The notes beneath the pieces were generated by a model that worked only from the letters and a program-made list of their open reading frames with translations, made no database searches and was not told where the DNA came from. The position numbers were made by a program, and so were the translations under genes. Positions 1 through 10,180 of a stretch of DNA of 64,000 bases are shown here, piece by piece. Within the stretch, counting starts at the first letter, position 1; each line of letters begins with the position of its first letter. The DNA lies in assembly GCA_965198115.1 (NCBI GenBank), contig OZ240241.1:8096001-8160000 (forward strand). The letters are read 5' to 3'. This stretch comes from Candidatus Latescibacterota bacterium (GTDB taxonomy: Bacteria; Latescibacterota; UBA2968).

Positions 1-388
1 AAATCTGGATGGGATATGCAATCCAGGATACAAGGCGCCGGGCATAAACCACGCCAATCGTCTTTGGAACAATCTCAGAAAATAAAAGAATCACCAGGGT
101 AAATACCGCCGAAAAATGCGGCAACCACGGCTCACCCAGAACTTCTGCTGCTGCCGCTCCAGCAAGGGTAGCTCCAACCGTATGCGCAATTGTGTTAAGA
201 GATAGAATACCCGCAATGGGCGCATCCACATTTTCTCTAAACTTTTTCAATAATCGGCCAGAAGCACTACTAGATTTCGCCAGCGATTCGATATGGCCAA
301 CAGGAACTGAATACAATGCCGCTTCAAAGAGTGAACACAAGAATGAGAAGAAAACGGCAAAACTCACAAAAAAGATCAATTCAAACAT
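1..388 (-). CDS. CNNM/DUF21 (CorB/hemolysin-family) membrane protein, runs off the left window edge
   Basis: Manual translation from ATG at 388 (AGGAG RBS upstream): MFELIFFVSFAVFFSFLCSLFEAALYSVP...PIAGILSLNTIAHTVGA...VFTLVILLFSEIVPKTIG. SFLCSxxEAA, LxLNTIA and SEIxPK are DUF21 hallmarks. Absent from the ORF track because it is truncated. Confidence 0.85.
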   Translation of the reverse strand, partial: MFELIFFVSFAVFFSFLCSLFEAALYSVPVGHIESLAKSSSASGRLLKKFRENVDAPIAGILSLNTIAHTVGATLAGAAAAEVLGEPWLPHFSAVFTLVILLFSEIVPKTIGVVYARRLVSWIAYPIQI

Positions 389-544
389 CTGATTACTCCT
401 CTCGGTCTGGATAGGAAAGATCCAGCATAATCCAGTGAGAATCGAAGAAACTTGATATAAGAGTTATTCGCCGTAGATGGTGTGGTTTTTGGTTTTTGTG
501 CACGATTTGCCGGGGTGGGGTGGTTGGGTTCTTGCGCCGCTTGC

Positions 545-631
545 TCGTAACGGTCCGCGCACTTGCGAACTTGCCGAAGGCAAGTTTGGTCGAGGGCCGT
601 GAGGACCGAGCCGCGAGTGCTGCTGTTAAGT
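545..631 (-). other. attC-like integron recombination site (87 bp)
   Basis: Minus strand: ACTTAAC AG CAGCACTCGCG ... CGCAAGTGCG CGGACC GTTACGA. RYYYAAC and GTT cores enclose an imperfect stem with an unpaired base. Confidence 0.65.
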
Positions 632-736
632 GTTGTGCCGGTGCCAGTGCGTTTGCCAGGGATTGCAAACGCACCTTTCTTTATGGGTGCGACCACGCTA
701 CGCTGTGGTTGCTGGAGTTGCCAAGAAGGCGACTGC

Positions 737-900
737 TTATCCGGTGCAACTGGATGCGCTGAATTGAACGATGTTCTCATTCGTACCTGCGCGGGCGAGA
801 TCGTCCTCCGTCTCGGGCATCGCTTGACACTCGGGGCACGGGACCAGCGCACCGAACTTGATCGCACCACAGCTGATGCAGACGGCGACCGTTGGGCGTC
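737..900 (-). pseudogene. Remnant of a small CxxC...CxxC zinc-ribbon protein
   Basis: VAVCISCGAIKFGALVPCPECQAMPETEDDLA lies within a short ORF that lacks a clear start. Confidence 0.35.
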
Positions 901-1249
901 GACCTCTCGCTTGAGCGCCTTGGGGCGTGAGCTGCAATGACCCCATCGTTCTTTCGAATCTGCTATATTGACTTTGGGAGGTGGTCGATCTTCTATCATC
1001 TCCGCGTAAACGAAGCGCGGACCTCGCGCGCCTGCTCACGCGTCACGAGCACTAGATCTTCGCCGGTCAAGACCCCAACCGCCCAACGGAAACGGACATC
1101 CAGGGTTCCGGCATCCGCTCGAGTGGCGCAGCAGAGCGACACGACAGCTCGTGCTCCTCGTCGTGCTGGGCTGTTTGCACTCATCTTCAGCTGATGTGGA
1201 TCGCACGATCCGGAACGGGAAAGAAGCACGAAAGTAGCTGGCCGCGAAT

Positions 1250-2195
1250 CTACCAGCCTATAGTCCCCATCGCACCGTAGTCGTACTTCTTGCCCTTCTC
1301 CCAATTGATCCTTCTCGTTTTGGGATCAACCTTGCCCAGTCTTCTGTAGAGTCTGCCTTCGTAATTCCCATCAAACGTACTTCCTCTGTGTGTCTCGATC
1401 ACCCAACCGCCCTTCATCTGCACATTCGGGTAAGCCCCCTTGTCGTATTTGATGCTTTCACCCCAATCGATGGTCGCCCCTGGTACATCCAAAACACCGA
1501 CAAGATACCATAGGCCCCCCCTTCGTTTCTGGTGAACCTCAACGATCGTACTTGACTTCCACACTCCAGCCCAGACTATCTTGTTCGGCAACATACTCCC
1601 CGATACGGTAATTCAGGTCCATCCAATACCTGTCTTTGCCCGGGACTTGAAAGACGTGCACAATGGTCTCGCTCTCGGCGGCTAGCTTCTGCCAGGAATG
1701 AACCCGTCCGCCCATCTGCTGCCTGCCGAGCCACTCTATGTCTTTCCGAAGCGTGTCCAGTCTCCCCGTTCGAAACCAGACCCCATTGTCCGAGCCGTAC
1801 ACCATCACCACCGTCTCATCGATCAGAACTAGGTCGGGCGTCCACCCACTCCCATAGTGCCTGGTCTTGTCAGCGTCGGTCTTTGACCACGTGACAGTCT
1901 TGCCAACCGCATCCAAAAATCCAACGTGGTAGTAGATATTCTCTTGCCGTAATCCTGAGTGTGCCTCAACCAGGATGTTCCCGCCTCTTGCCACAGCCGC
2001 TTCTTGTCCGCGATCATAACGCCGACTATCACTCCATTCGACGGCGTTGGTCTCTGTCGACACGTCCCCAACCCGATAGAACAGTCCGATTCCCCCAATC
2101 GTGCCAACGCTTTGGTGCAGCTCAACAAGTACGCTATCGGCATAGACCTGGCCTGAGACGGCTCCGGCGAACAGTATTGCAAGCATCGCTATCAT
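1250..2195 (-). CDS. Secreted repeat protein, probable beta-propeller; frame break near 1540
   Basis: Signal peptide MIAMLAILFAGAVSG with GGAGG RBS. About 6 copies of a V-E-x-H...(L/I)-x-Y-x-x-G...(I/V)-x-W...K/R-Y-D-x-G unit continue across ORFs 1539..2291 and 1250..1594. Confidence 0.6.
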
Positions 2196-2273
2196 TCTAG
2201 CCTCCTTTGGGTGACTACAACCTCTCGATGCGGCCCAGGGAAGGGCCGCCGCTCTTTTTGGCACCGGCATGAC

Positions 2274-2360
2274 ACTTAACGTCTTGGTCACTGGCGAACT
2301 CGGCGTCAGTCGAGTTCGCGGAGGCGCTTAGCGCCGGAGCCGCCAGTGGACCTGTTATCT
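2274..2360 (-). other. attC-like integron recombination site (87 bp)
   Basis: Minus strand: AGATAAC AG GTCCACTGGCG ... CGCCAGTGAC CAAGAC GTTAAGT. The stem GTC(C)ACTGGCG/CGCCAGTGAC has one extrahelical C. Confidence 0.7.
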
Positions 2361-2444
2361 GCAGTCGCAGCCGGCTCGCACCCCGGTCACACCCAGGACG
2401 CTAATCGCTGCTGCCATGGTCGGAGGGCGTCCCCTGCCCGTCCC

Positions 2445-2843
2445 TTAAACGCTGGCGTCACACTCGGTCTTGCTGTCTCTGTGCCCTCTACGCATCCACC
2501 AGCTCACCAAGAAAAACCCAGCCGTGATCGGGATGAGCACAAACGGAAACGACAGCACGCGCCAATTGACGACAGCGGCAATCGCATATGCGACCAATGT
2601 TACCATCCCCCCGATGAACTCCCATTTCCAGGCTATCGCGAGGCCCACGAGCCACGCCCCCATCGTTATCAGGCCGACGTAGTCACTGGCGTTTAGCGGG
2701 CGGGACGCCTCCTCTCCACCGCCGAGTAGGTGCGCGATGAGGAAAAAGCCCCAGAAGATCAGGATCAGCACGCTGAGTATGCGGGCGGCCCAACGCGCTA
2801 CCTTCGCTGTAGTCGGCAAGCGTGGGTTCGTGGAATCACTCAC
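2445..2843 (-). CDS. Small membrane protein (about 4 TM), cassette cargo
   Basis: Hydrophobic segments with a GLAIAWKWEFIGG motif; AAGGAGG RBS before GTG 2843. Confidence 0.7.
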   Translation of the reverse strand: MSDSTNPRLPTTAKVARWAARILSVLILIFWGFFLIAHLLGGGEEASRPLNASDYVGLITMGAWLVGLAIAWKWEFIGGMVTLVAYAIAAVVNWRVLSFPFVLIPITAGFFLVSWWMRRGHRDSKTECDASV

Positions 2844-3572
2844 GGCTTCCTCCTTTACATGTGACTAGTGGAGCAGCTGAGCGGTCGGGATCGTCGGAAC
2901 ACTCCTATTAGGCCGTGACGGCTCACGCGATTGCAGATAACTAAGTACTTACCGCCGTACTTCTCGATACTTCTAAGGTCGTCGGGTTAGGCGAAGTTCG
3001 GTAGTACTGCTTGACGAGGTGGATGGGCGCGGTGCTTCGAGAGGCTCGTTGAGTAGGGAGACTGCGATCTTGCCAGGCTGACCCGGAGGGGCATTGGACA
3101 TCGAGCGGTTGACGAAGAAACCGGATACCGGGTGATTCTGTTGCACGAGGGAGCTGCCCTAGTCTATAATTTACTGAAATGCAATCATTGGGTTAGCATA
3201 GGAGTCGTATCTGTGGCAAAAACCCTTCGGACATATCTCTCACTACGCAGCGCGGTGCGGCGGTCGCTGGGGGAGGTTGTTGGGGACGGTGGAGTGGAGC
3301 GTGTGGCGCGGTACAAGCGGATCGGGGAGATGATCGATTCGCACGTGTTGTTGCGTGCTGATCCCTCCTCCGCTAGAGCTTCAGCGGGCAGGCGGGCGGA
3401 CTATGGGGGCGAGGTGATTCAGCGGTTGTCGAGAGATCTCGAGGTGGGTCGTCAACGACTGTATGAAATGTTGAATGTCCATCGGGCCTATCCAATTGTC
3501 CGCCCGGGCGGACAATTAGGCTGGTCGCATTATGTTGCGTTGTCGGGGATCGAGGATGAGGGCGTGCGGGTG

Positions 3573-4946
3573 GAGCTCAGGTCAATAGGTGTGTAAAAGA
3601 AATCAGGCGGCCATCTTCCCGGCTTCGACCTGCGGTCCGGTTGAGTGTTTCTGATCGTAGACTTGTTGTAGCAAGTGTGGCGCGGTGAGTTTCCTGAATC
3701 GGCTCTCTGCGACCTTGAGCGTACGCCAGATGAGAGCCGTGGCGTTCCTGACTTTCTTGAATCGCCTGGCGGCGTTTGTGCGAAGCCGAACGGAAGCAAA
3801 GGGGCTCTCGACGACGTTCGTGGTTCTCAGGTGTTTCCAGTGTTCCTTCGGGAAGTCGTAGAACGTGACCATCCGATCCCAGTCTCTTTCGAGCGTCTCC
3901 ACGGCGGCAGGGAACTGTGAGCGATACCGTGCGGCAAAGCGTTTCCGGAGCTTCTCGGCCTCCTTTTTCGTGCCGGCATAGGGGATCTGGACGAGCAGTG
4001 CGCGGGCTTCAGCCTGTGCACGCTTGGCGACCTTGTCGAGCACGTTGAGGATCTTGTGGTTCCAGCACCGTTGTTGCCGGCTCTCTGGCCAGACCTGATC
4101 AACGGCCGCCCAGATGCCCATATTCCCGTCCGCGGCGATCAGGACAGGATGTTCGAGCCCGCGATCCCGGAGATCCCGTAGCACCGTGAGCCAGGATTCT
4201 GTAGACTCTCGATAACCGGGTTCTATCGCCAGGATCTCCTTGCTGCCGTCGCTCATCGCGCCGATCACGACCAGCAGACACGCCTTCTCGCGCTCGAGCC
4301 CGGCTTTGACGTAGATGCCATCAGCCCAGGCGTAGACCAGTTCGCGATTATCCAGACGCCTTTCTTTCCAGTCCTGGAAGTCGACCTCCCACTTCCCTCG
4401 AAGACGAGCGATCGAGGTCGGCGAAAGCGGCGCGCCATCACCGAGCAGCGCACGCAAAGACAACTCGAAGTCGCCCTGGGAGAGACCGTGGAGATAAAGG
4501 TCGGGAAGCAGATCTCCAATGGCCCTGGTTCTCCGGGCGAACAGGGGGAGGATGCGGCTTTCAAACCGCTCTTCCAGACCACGAACCCGGGGACGCCGGA
4601 CCTTGATCGTTCCGCAGCTCGTCGAGAGACGCCGGGGCTTGCCGTAGCCGTTCCTGTAGCCCCTGGAGCTATCGACCTCGGCTCGGCGCTCATACCACGA
4701 CCGGCCCAAGAACGCGGTCGCCTCCTCCTCCAGAATGAACTGGAACCGGCCCTGGATCTCTTCACGGATCCAATCGTCAACCGTCTCCCACGTCGGCATG
4801 GACTTCAATGGGGCTCTATGCGTATGTTCCTTCACGGCGATCCTCCTTCCCAACCGGGCCTCTCACCCGGTTTTGTGTGAATCAACTATCTCACGGGAAG
4901 GGTAGGGTCGCCCTTTCTCTTTTTCCACACCTTTTGATTATAGCTC
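3573..4946 (-). mobile_element. IS256-family insertion sequence
   Basis: Imperfect terminal IRs GAGCTCAGGTCAATAGGTGTGTAAAA / GAGCTATAATCAAAAGGTGTGGAAAA; 8-bp TSD TGCGGGTG at 3565-3572 and 4947-4954. Confidence 0.92.
3603..4835 (-). CDS. IS256-family DDE transposase
   Basis: YRNGY, WADGIY, IAADG, QQRCWNH and LRTTNVVES motifs. Confidence 0.95.
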   Translation of the reverse strand: MKEHTHRAPLKSMPTWETVDDWIREEIQGRFQFILEEEATAFLGRSWYERRAEVDSSRGYRNGYGKPRRLSTSCGTIKVRRPRVRGLEERFESRILPLFARRTRAIGDLLPDLYLHGLSQGDFELSLRALLGDGAPLSPTSIARLRGKWEVDFQDWKERRLDNRELVYAWADGIYVKAGLEREKACLLVVIGAMSDGSKEILAIEPGYRESTESWLTVLRDLRDRGLEHPVLIAADGNMGIWAAVDQVWPESRQQRCWNHKILNVLDKVAKRAQAEARALLVQIPYAGTKKEAEKLRKRFAARYRSQFPAAVETLERDWDRMVTFYDFPKEHWKHLRTTNVVESPFASVRLRTNAARRFKKVRNATALIWRTLKVAESRFRKLTAPHLLQQVYDQKHSTGPQVEAGKMAA

Positions 4947-5938
4947 TGCGGGTGGCCTATGAAACGCAAGCCGTGCGAGGGGCGTGGAGCAAGCAGATGC
5001 TTCGCGATCGGATAAGAGCGGGGGTTCTGCTGGATTCGAACGGCAAGTTGAAGGCGGATTGGAGAGCGTCGGTGCCGCCGACACCGAGGCGGGGGACGCC
5101 TTACACTTATCGCGTGAAGGACGTGTCGGGGAAGTCATTGCTGCTGGATTTGGGGATGGGGGTGGAGCACGAGCTTGATTTAAGGAGCGTGTCGCCGTTT
5201 AAGCCCGGCGACACAGTCAAGGTGGAACGGGATCGAGGACTTTACTCAACGAAGCCGGGGGACCACCGCCGGCTTTATGCATTCAGAGCCGAGGTGATTC
5301 GGGTGGTCGATGGGGATACGGTTTGGGTCAAGGTCGACCACGGGTTCAAGTTCTGGCAGCCGCAGAAGATTCGGTTTCGGGGTGTGGATGCACCCGAGTT
5401 GCCAAGTGATGAGGGGGGAGGAGGCGAAGGCGTGGGTGGAGGAGCGACTTGCCGGATTACCGTCGGTGGTGATTACGACTTCGAAGGTAGGGATGTATGG
5501 GCGTTACATTGAAGATGTGTTCATCGGTAGGAGATATCTGAACGCTGAGATGGTGGAGGCGGGGATGGCTGTTGGGCTGGGCTAAGGACGGGGGACCACC
5601 CCTCGATACGCCACTACGTGGCTACTCGGGATAAGCTTCAAACACGAAATGCACGAAATATGGACCGGGGATCGAGGTCCTTAGCCGGGATAGAATTCGG
5701 GATGTCTCGGGGGTGGTACCGACCACTGGTGTTCTGGCCTCTCTGAGAGGATGAACGATCCCTCGATACAGCGGATCAAAGGAGTTCATAAACCGAGGAA
5801 GCTTAACAGGGCGCGTGCCAGACGCCGCTTACTCGCGATGAGCGAGCTGTGCCGTACCCCATCCTTCTGAATACATGCAGGACTGAATACCTATAGTAAT
5901 GAAGGCGAGGCGATCCGATCCGCGGTATCTTGGTCTGC

Positions 5939-7258
5939 GTGAAAGACGTTCTTGCCATTGCCTACCACTACCCGCCGATCGCGTCGCCGGGTGCGGAGCG
6001 GATGCGGGGGTTTGCTCGCGATCTGCCGGCACACGGGTTTCGACTCCTTCCCGTTACGACATCCACCTATGGGGATGATGGCTCGTCTGACGCTATTCGT
6101 GTTGGCGAGCCGGTAGGGCTATTTCGTTCGTTGTTCAATCCAGATCAAAAGACGGCTGCACCTGAGGTGCGTTCGCGGCTGCGGACGGATGCGGGCGTTC
6201 TGTCGGATGTGGCCGGATGGGTGCGCGATCGGGTGATGATTCCCGATGGTCAGATGGCGTGGTGCGCGCCGGCGTTCTTTGCGAGTCTCGCAGCGATCCG
6301 GCGATCGAATGTGAGGCTGATCTATACGTCGTCGCCACCGCATTCGGTTCATCTGTTGGGTATGATGCTGAAGCGTGCGACCGGTCTGCCCTGGGTGGCC
6401 GAGTTTCGCGATACGTGGACCCACGATCCGCTCGATTCCTTTCTGCGCGACGGTCGCTGGCGTCTGCGGGTGGAGGAAGAGATGGAGCGGCGCGTCGGGA
6501 TTGTGGCGGATCGGGTCGTGGGTGTGACGGAGCGCGCGTGCGGGTTCCTCGGGAACTTGGCGTCACCCGAGAAGGTGACGTGCGTGCCGAACGGGTTCGA
6601 CAGATTTGGAACGACACGAAGTCACCCCTCGACTCCGCTCGGGACAGGCTCCGACGCGAAGAAAGACGGGATCTTGGAAGATGATGGGGCTGAGGAGTCT
6701 GGTGGTGAGATCCTGCGTCTTGTGCACGTGGGGTCGTTCTCGGAGAGTCATCCGTTGCGGTCGCCGGACGTCTTGGTGAAGGCAGTTGCTACGTTCGGTG
6801 GGGAGATTGAGCTGAATCTGGTGGGACCGCTGACGGAGGCAGAAAAAGGGCGGGCGCTCAAGCTTGGTGGAAGGCAGGTTCGGGTGACGGGCATGGTGTC
6901 GCGGGAGGAGGCGTTGCGTTGGCAGCGAGAGGCGGATGTGCTCGTGCTGGTCGATCACGCACGACCGCATCCGTCGACGAATGTGCCGAGCAAGTGCTAT
7001 GAGTATCTGGCGGCGGGACGATCGATCCTGGCGTTGACGCCGGAGGGGGCGACGCGGGACCTGTTGAGCGAAGTGGGGGGTGGGGTCTGTGTGGATCCGG
7101 ATGATGTGGGCGGCGTGCGGGACGCGATCGCATCATTCGTTGAGGCGAAATGGAAGGGGATGTTGGAGGGGATGGCGGTCGACCCGGCGCGGTTGGAGGG
7201 GTATCGGCGGGAAGTGATGGCGGGGAGGCTGGCGAGGTGTTTTGGGGAGGTTATTTGA
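5939..7258 (+). CDS. Glycosyltransferase family 4 (GT-B)
   Basis: IAYHYPP, TSSPPHSVHL, PWVAEFRDTW, VPNGFD and PSKCYEYLAAGR motifs. Confidence 0.88.
   Translation: MKDVLAIAYHYPPIASPGAERMRGFARDLPAHGFRLLPVTTSTYGDDGSSDAIRVGEPVGLFRSLFNPDQKTAAPEVRSRLRTDAGVLSDVAGWVRDRVMIPDGQMAWCAPAFFASLAAIRRSNVRLIYTSSPPHSVHLLGMMLKRATGLPWVAEFRDTWTHDPLDSFLRDGRWRLRVEEEMERRVGIVADRVVGVTERACGFLGNLASPEKVTCVPNGFDRFGTTRSHPSTPLGTGSDAKKDGILEDDGAEESGGEILRLVHVGSFSESHPLRSPDVLVKAVATFGGEIELNLVGPLTEAEKGRALKLGGRQVRVTGMVSREEALRWQREADVLVLVDHARPHPSTNVPSKCYEYLAAGRSILALTPEGATRDLLSEVGGGVCVDPDDVGGVRDAIASFVEAKWKGMLEGMAVDPARLEGYRREVMAGRLARCFGEVI
6623..6652. repeat. 30-bp REP-like element inserted in frame in the GT4 gene; second copy at 10282-10311
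   Basis: CACCCCTCGACTCCGCTCGGGACAGGCTCC versus CACCCCTCGACTCCGCTCGGGACCGGCTCC (1 mismatch). Confidence 0.75.
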
Positions 7259-7410
7259 GCGGTAGTGCCTAATGCAATGGCCACCGTTCGCACCTCGATA
7301 TGCGAATCAGTGGCTTGGTTCTCTGACGAAGACAACTAATCACTCTTCGGAAGGTCGCTACTCGGGATGAACGGTGGGGGCGCGATGGTTGGGTCAATGC
7401 ATCGTGAGGG

Positions 7411-7956
7411 TCAGGTCAGGCCGATGTGGGTGAGGAAGCGGTCTTTGTCTTCGCGTTTCGATTTCGCGTTCCACGTGTCGATGAGGTCGAAGTAGGGTCG
7501 CTCTTCTTCGTCTTCCCAGTCGACGAGGGCTTTGATCTGGGCCTTTGTGTAGCGCCCATCGAGTTCGTAGGGGCATTCGACGGAGTCGCTGATGCTCAGG
7601 AGCGTGAGCTCGCCGTTGTCGCCGATTTCGACGTCGAAAGGATAACGGCGGCAGGTGACGGGTCGATGTTCATAGATGCCGCACCGGTCATCTTCCTGCA
7701 AATACTGACATCCGTCCTCGGTCCGGACGAGCCCCATGATGCGAGGTCCCTCGTTCAGTTGGATCCACCCTCGATTGTCGAGGCTCCATTCGATCTCGTC
7801 GGGTGGATAGAAGGCGGTTACTTCGGAGGGGTGTTGCCCGGTGTGACGCACGACGCGCTTGACGTCTTCGTCGGTTACGAGGACGATGGGTTCGCGGCAG
7901 CATTGGCCGCAGCAGGTGCAGCGGAAGTTCAAGAGGTGTTCCCAGTCCTTCCCCAT
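7411..7956 (-). CDS. YkgJ-family cysteine-cluster (Zn/Fe-chelating) protein
   Basis: FRCTCCGQCC, CQYL, CGIYEHRPVTCRRYPF. Confidence 0.88.
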   Translation of the reverse strand: MGKDWEHLLNFRCTCCGQCCREPIVLVTDEDVKRVVRHTGQHPSEVTAFYPPDEIEWSLDNRGWIQLNEGPRIMGLVRTEDGCQYLQEDDRCGIYEHRPVTCRRYPFDVEIGDNGELTLLSISDSVECPYELDGRYTKAQIKALVDWEDEEERPYFDLIDTWNAKSKREDKDRFLTHIGLT

Positions 7957-8037
7957 TCCCTCTCCCTTGTTGATTGCTGCCCGTGATCCTTCGTGCGCCG
8001 AGAAGGTAGGCGCTGACTTGTGTGGGGTCAAGAACTG

Positions 8038-8415
8038 GGAACCACAAATACACACAAATGGACACGAATGGCGTAGGACATGGCTGTGGGGGGCCCGATT
8101 CGGGGAGGGATCGAGGTAGGACGTCACATCGAGTTAAAAGACATGGAACCACGGATGAACCCTTCGGTACACGAGCCGACTGCGCGGCTCGCACTCAGGG
8201 CAGGCGCAGATGCACACGGATGGTCGTAGGCTAAACTGTGGAGGACCGATTCGGGGAATGAATCGAAGTAGGACGGGACTTCAATAAAAGGTATGGAACC
8301 ACCGATGAACCCTTCGGTACACGAGCCGACTGCGCGGCTCGCACTCAGGGCAGGCACAGATGCACACGGATGTTGTGAACCCTGGCTACGCCGATTCGGG
8401 AAGAGGATGGAGGTA
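8038..8415. repeat. Tandem array of modular REP-like units; near-identical ~79-bp cores at 8143 and 8293
   Basis: Unit GGAACCAC..ATG(G/C)ACACG(A/G)ATG..CCGATTCGGG..GTAG occurs three times. Related copies lie near 5595-5670, 10277-10370 and 24021-24080. Confidence 0.75.
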
Positions 8416-8590
8416 GAGCAGAGCCGGTGGTTTCGCGACGTCGATGGGATGCGCTTTGCAACGGTCTCTGAGTTGTACGCGTTCGCGTGTTGTGCGATAA
8501 TTAGGGTTTGAAGGGATGTCGGAAAACGGTTGGGGGAGGTATATTCACGATTTCTTGCTGGAACGTCCGGGTCGGTTGTGGGGATGAGGG

Positions 8591-9446
8591 ATGACGGCGC
8601 TTGTTCTGAACATTGTTCTTACGGTTTTCTTCTTTCATACGATTCGGCTGGCGCAGAGCAGGGGTCGGAACATCATGGTCGTGGCTGTCGTGAATTACGC
8701 GGTCGCCTCACCTGTCTGCTTTGCCCTCAGCTATCAAAGCGGCGTGACGAGTGTTTCTGCCACCGACGCTGTTCTGGGGAACGGTGCAGGGTGTCTGCTT
8801 CATCGGGACCTACTACCTGCTCTGTGGGTCCATGACGGTGAGTGGCATGGCGATCACGACGGCCATTCTGCGTCTGGCGGTGGTGATTCCGGTCGCGGCT
8901 TCGATCGTGGTGTGGGGTGAGTTTCCGACACCCTATCAGATTGTGGGTATTGTCACCTGTCTGGGAGCCCTGCCCCTGATCGGGTTGCGCACAAAGGCCA
9001 AGGCGGGGGAGGCCAGCCAACCGATCACCCTCTCTTCCCTCGTGCTGATCGCCCTGCTTTTCGTGGGGATGGGCATTGCGAACCTGGCGACGAAGGCTTT
9101 CGTGGAATCTGGCGTGCCCGACGCGCGAACGACGTTCGTGGGCACTCTGTTCGGCGTTGCAGGACTGTTGGGGGCGCTCGTCTTTCTGCTGCCTGCGTGG
9201 CGCCAGGATCTGAGCGGTGTGATGGATGGCGTGCGTCTGGGTCTGGTCAACGTAGCGAGTATCACGACGGGCGTGATGGCGCTGGAGCAGGTGCCGGGCA
9301 TCATCGCTTTTCCCGTGCAGGCCGCCGGCGGGATGACGCTTAATGCGCTGTTCGCTGCGTGGGTTTGGGGGGAGCGTTTTGCGGGGAAGACGATTCTGGG
9401 GATGGCACTGGCAGCGCTGGGGCTCGTGTTGATCAACCTCGCTTAG
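8591..9446 (+). CDS. EamA/DMT-family transporter (frameshift near 8755)
   Basis: Two overlapping hydrophobic ORFs join into about 10 TM; NYAVA, LAVVIPV and WVWGER motifs. Confidence 0.75.
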
Positions 9447-9475
9447 GAGGCTTCATCCCTGACTGGCTTTACTCG

Positions 9476-10180
9476 ATGGTGGCTGCCTGGTTCGTGGGGA
9501 TGATGCGCGCCGGTTTCGGAGGTGGCGTGGGGGTGGTGGCCGCACCGTTGCTCGCGATGACGATGCCGGCGAAGGAGACGTTAGGGGTCATCATGCCTCT
9601 CGTCTTCGTGACGGACGCGATTTCGGTTCGGTACTACTGGGGGTATTGGGCAACCTCGACTGCACTGGCGATCGTCCCGGGATGTGTCGTGGGTGTGGCT
9701 GCGGGGTGGTTCCTGCTGGATGCGATCCCGGAGGACGTGTTTCGCCGCCTGCTTGGCGGACTGGCGTGTGTGTTCGCGCTTCTTCAACCCGTACGACATC
9801 GTTTGGGAGCGATGCTTTCGTCACCCGGGCGCATCGCCGGTTCGATGGTCGGTGTTGCGACGGGTCTTGCGTCGACCCTGCTGCACTCCGGGGGCGTCGT
9901 ATTGATGGTTTATCTGATCCCGCAGAATTTGCCGGGACGTCGCTTCGTGGCGACGGCCTTCCTCGTTGGCGTCGCGATCAATCTGTTCAAGTTGGTTCCT
10001 TACCTGGATCTCGAGTTGATCAACCGGTCGACGCTGATGCTGGACGTGAAAATGTTGCCGGCTCTGGGATTGGGGGCGCTTGCGGGGATCCTGTTGAATC
10101 AGAGGATGTCTCACGATTGGTTCAATCGAGTGGTTCTTGTGATTGTCCTGATCGTTGGGTTGAGGTTGGTTCTGGCGTAA
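9476..10180 (+). CDS. TauE/SafE-family (sulfite exporter) membrane protein; start uncertain
   Basis: GFGGGVGVVAAPLL, GLASTLLHSGG and NLFKLVPY motifs. Confidence 0.82.
   Translation: MVAAWFVGMMRAGFGGGVGVVAAPLLAMTMPAKETLGVIMPLVFVTDAISVRYYWGYWATSTALAIVPGCVVGVAAGWFLLDAIPEDVFRRLLGGLACVFALLQPVRHRLGAMLSSPGRIAGSMVGVATGLASTLLHSGGVVLMVYLIPQNLPGRRFVATAFLVGVAINLFKLVPYLDLELINRSTLMLDVKMLPALGLGALAGILLNQRMSHDWFNRVVLVIVLIVGLRLVLA

Larger units (their letters stand above)
3213..5585 (+). pseudogene. DUF1016 (YhcG) N-terminal domain fused to thermonuclease (SNase) domain, interrupted by IS256
   Basis: The N part RADYGGEVIQRLSRDL...LGWSHYVALSGIEDEGVRV rejoins in frame to AYETQAVRGAWSKQMLRDRI once the IS and one TSD are removed. 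The C part has VIRVVDGDTV, IRFRGVDAPEL, YGRYI and LNAEMVEAGMA. An extra frameshift lies in the G-run near 5415. Confidence 0.8.

Noticed and set aside
2935-2992. A 58-bp attC bounded by GCCTAAC and GTTATCT
   Set aside because: No complementary L boxes between these cores; kept only as a degenerate site within the array finding.
8038-8415. CRISPR array
   Set aside because: Repeats are ~79 bp with a 150-bp period, only 2-3 units, the spacers resemble each other, and there are no cas genes.
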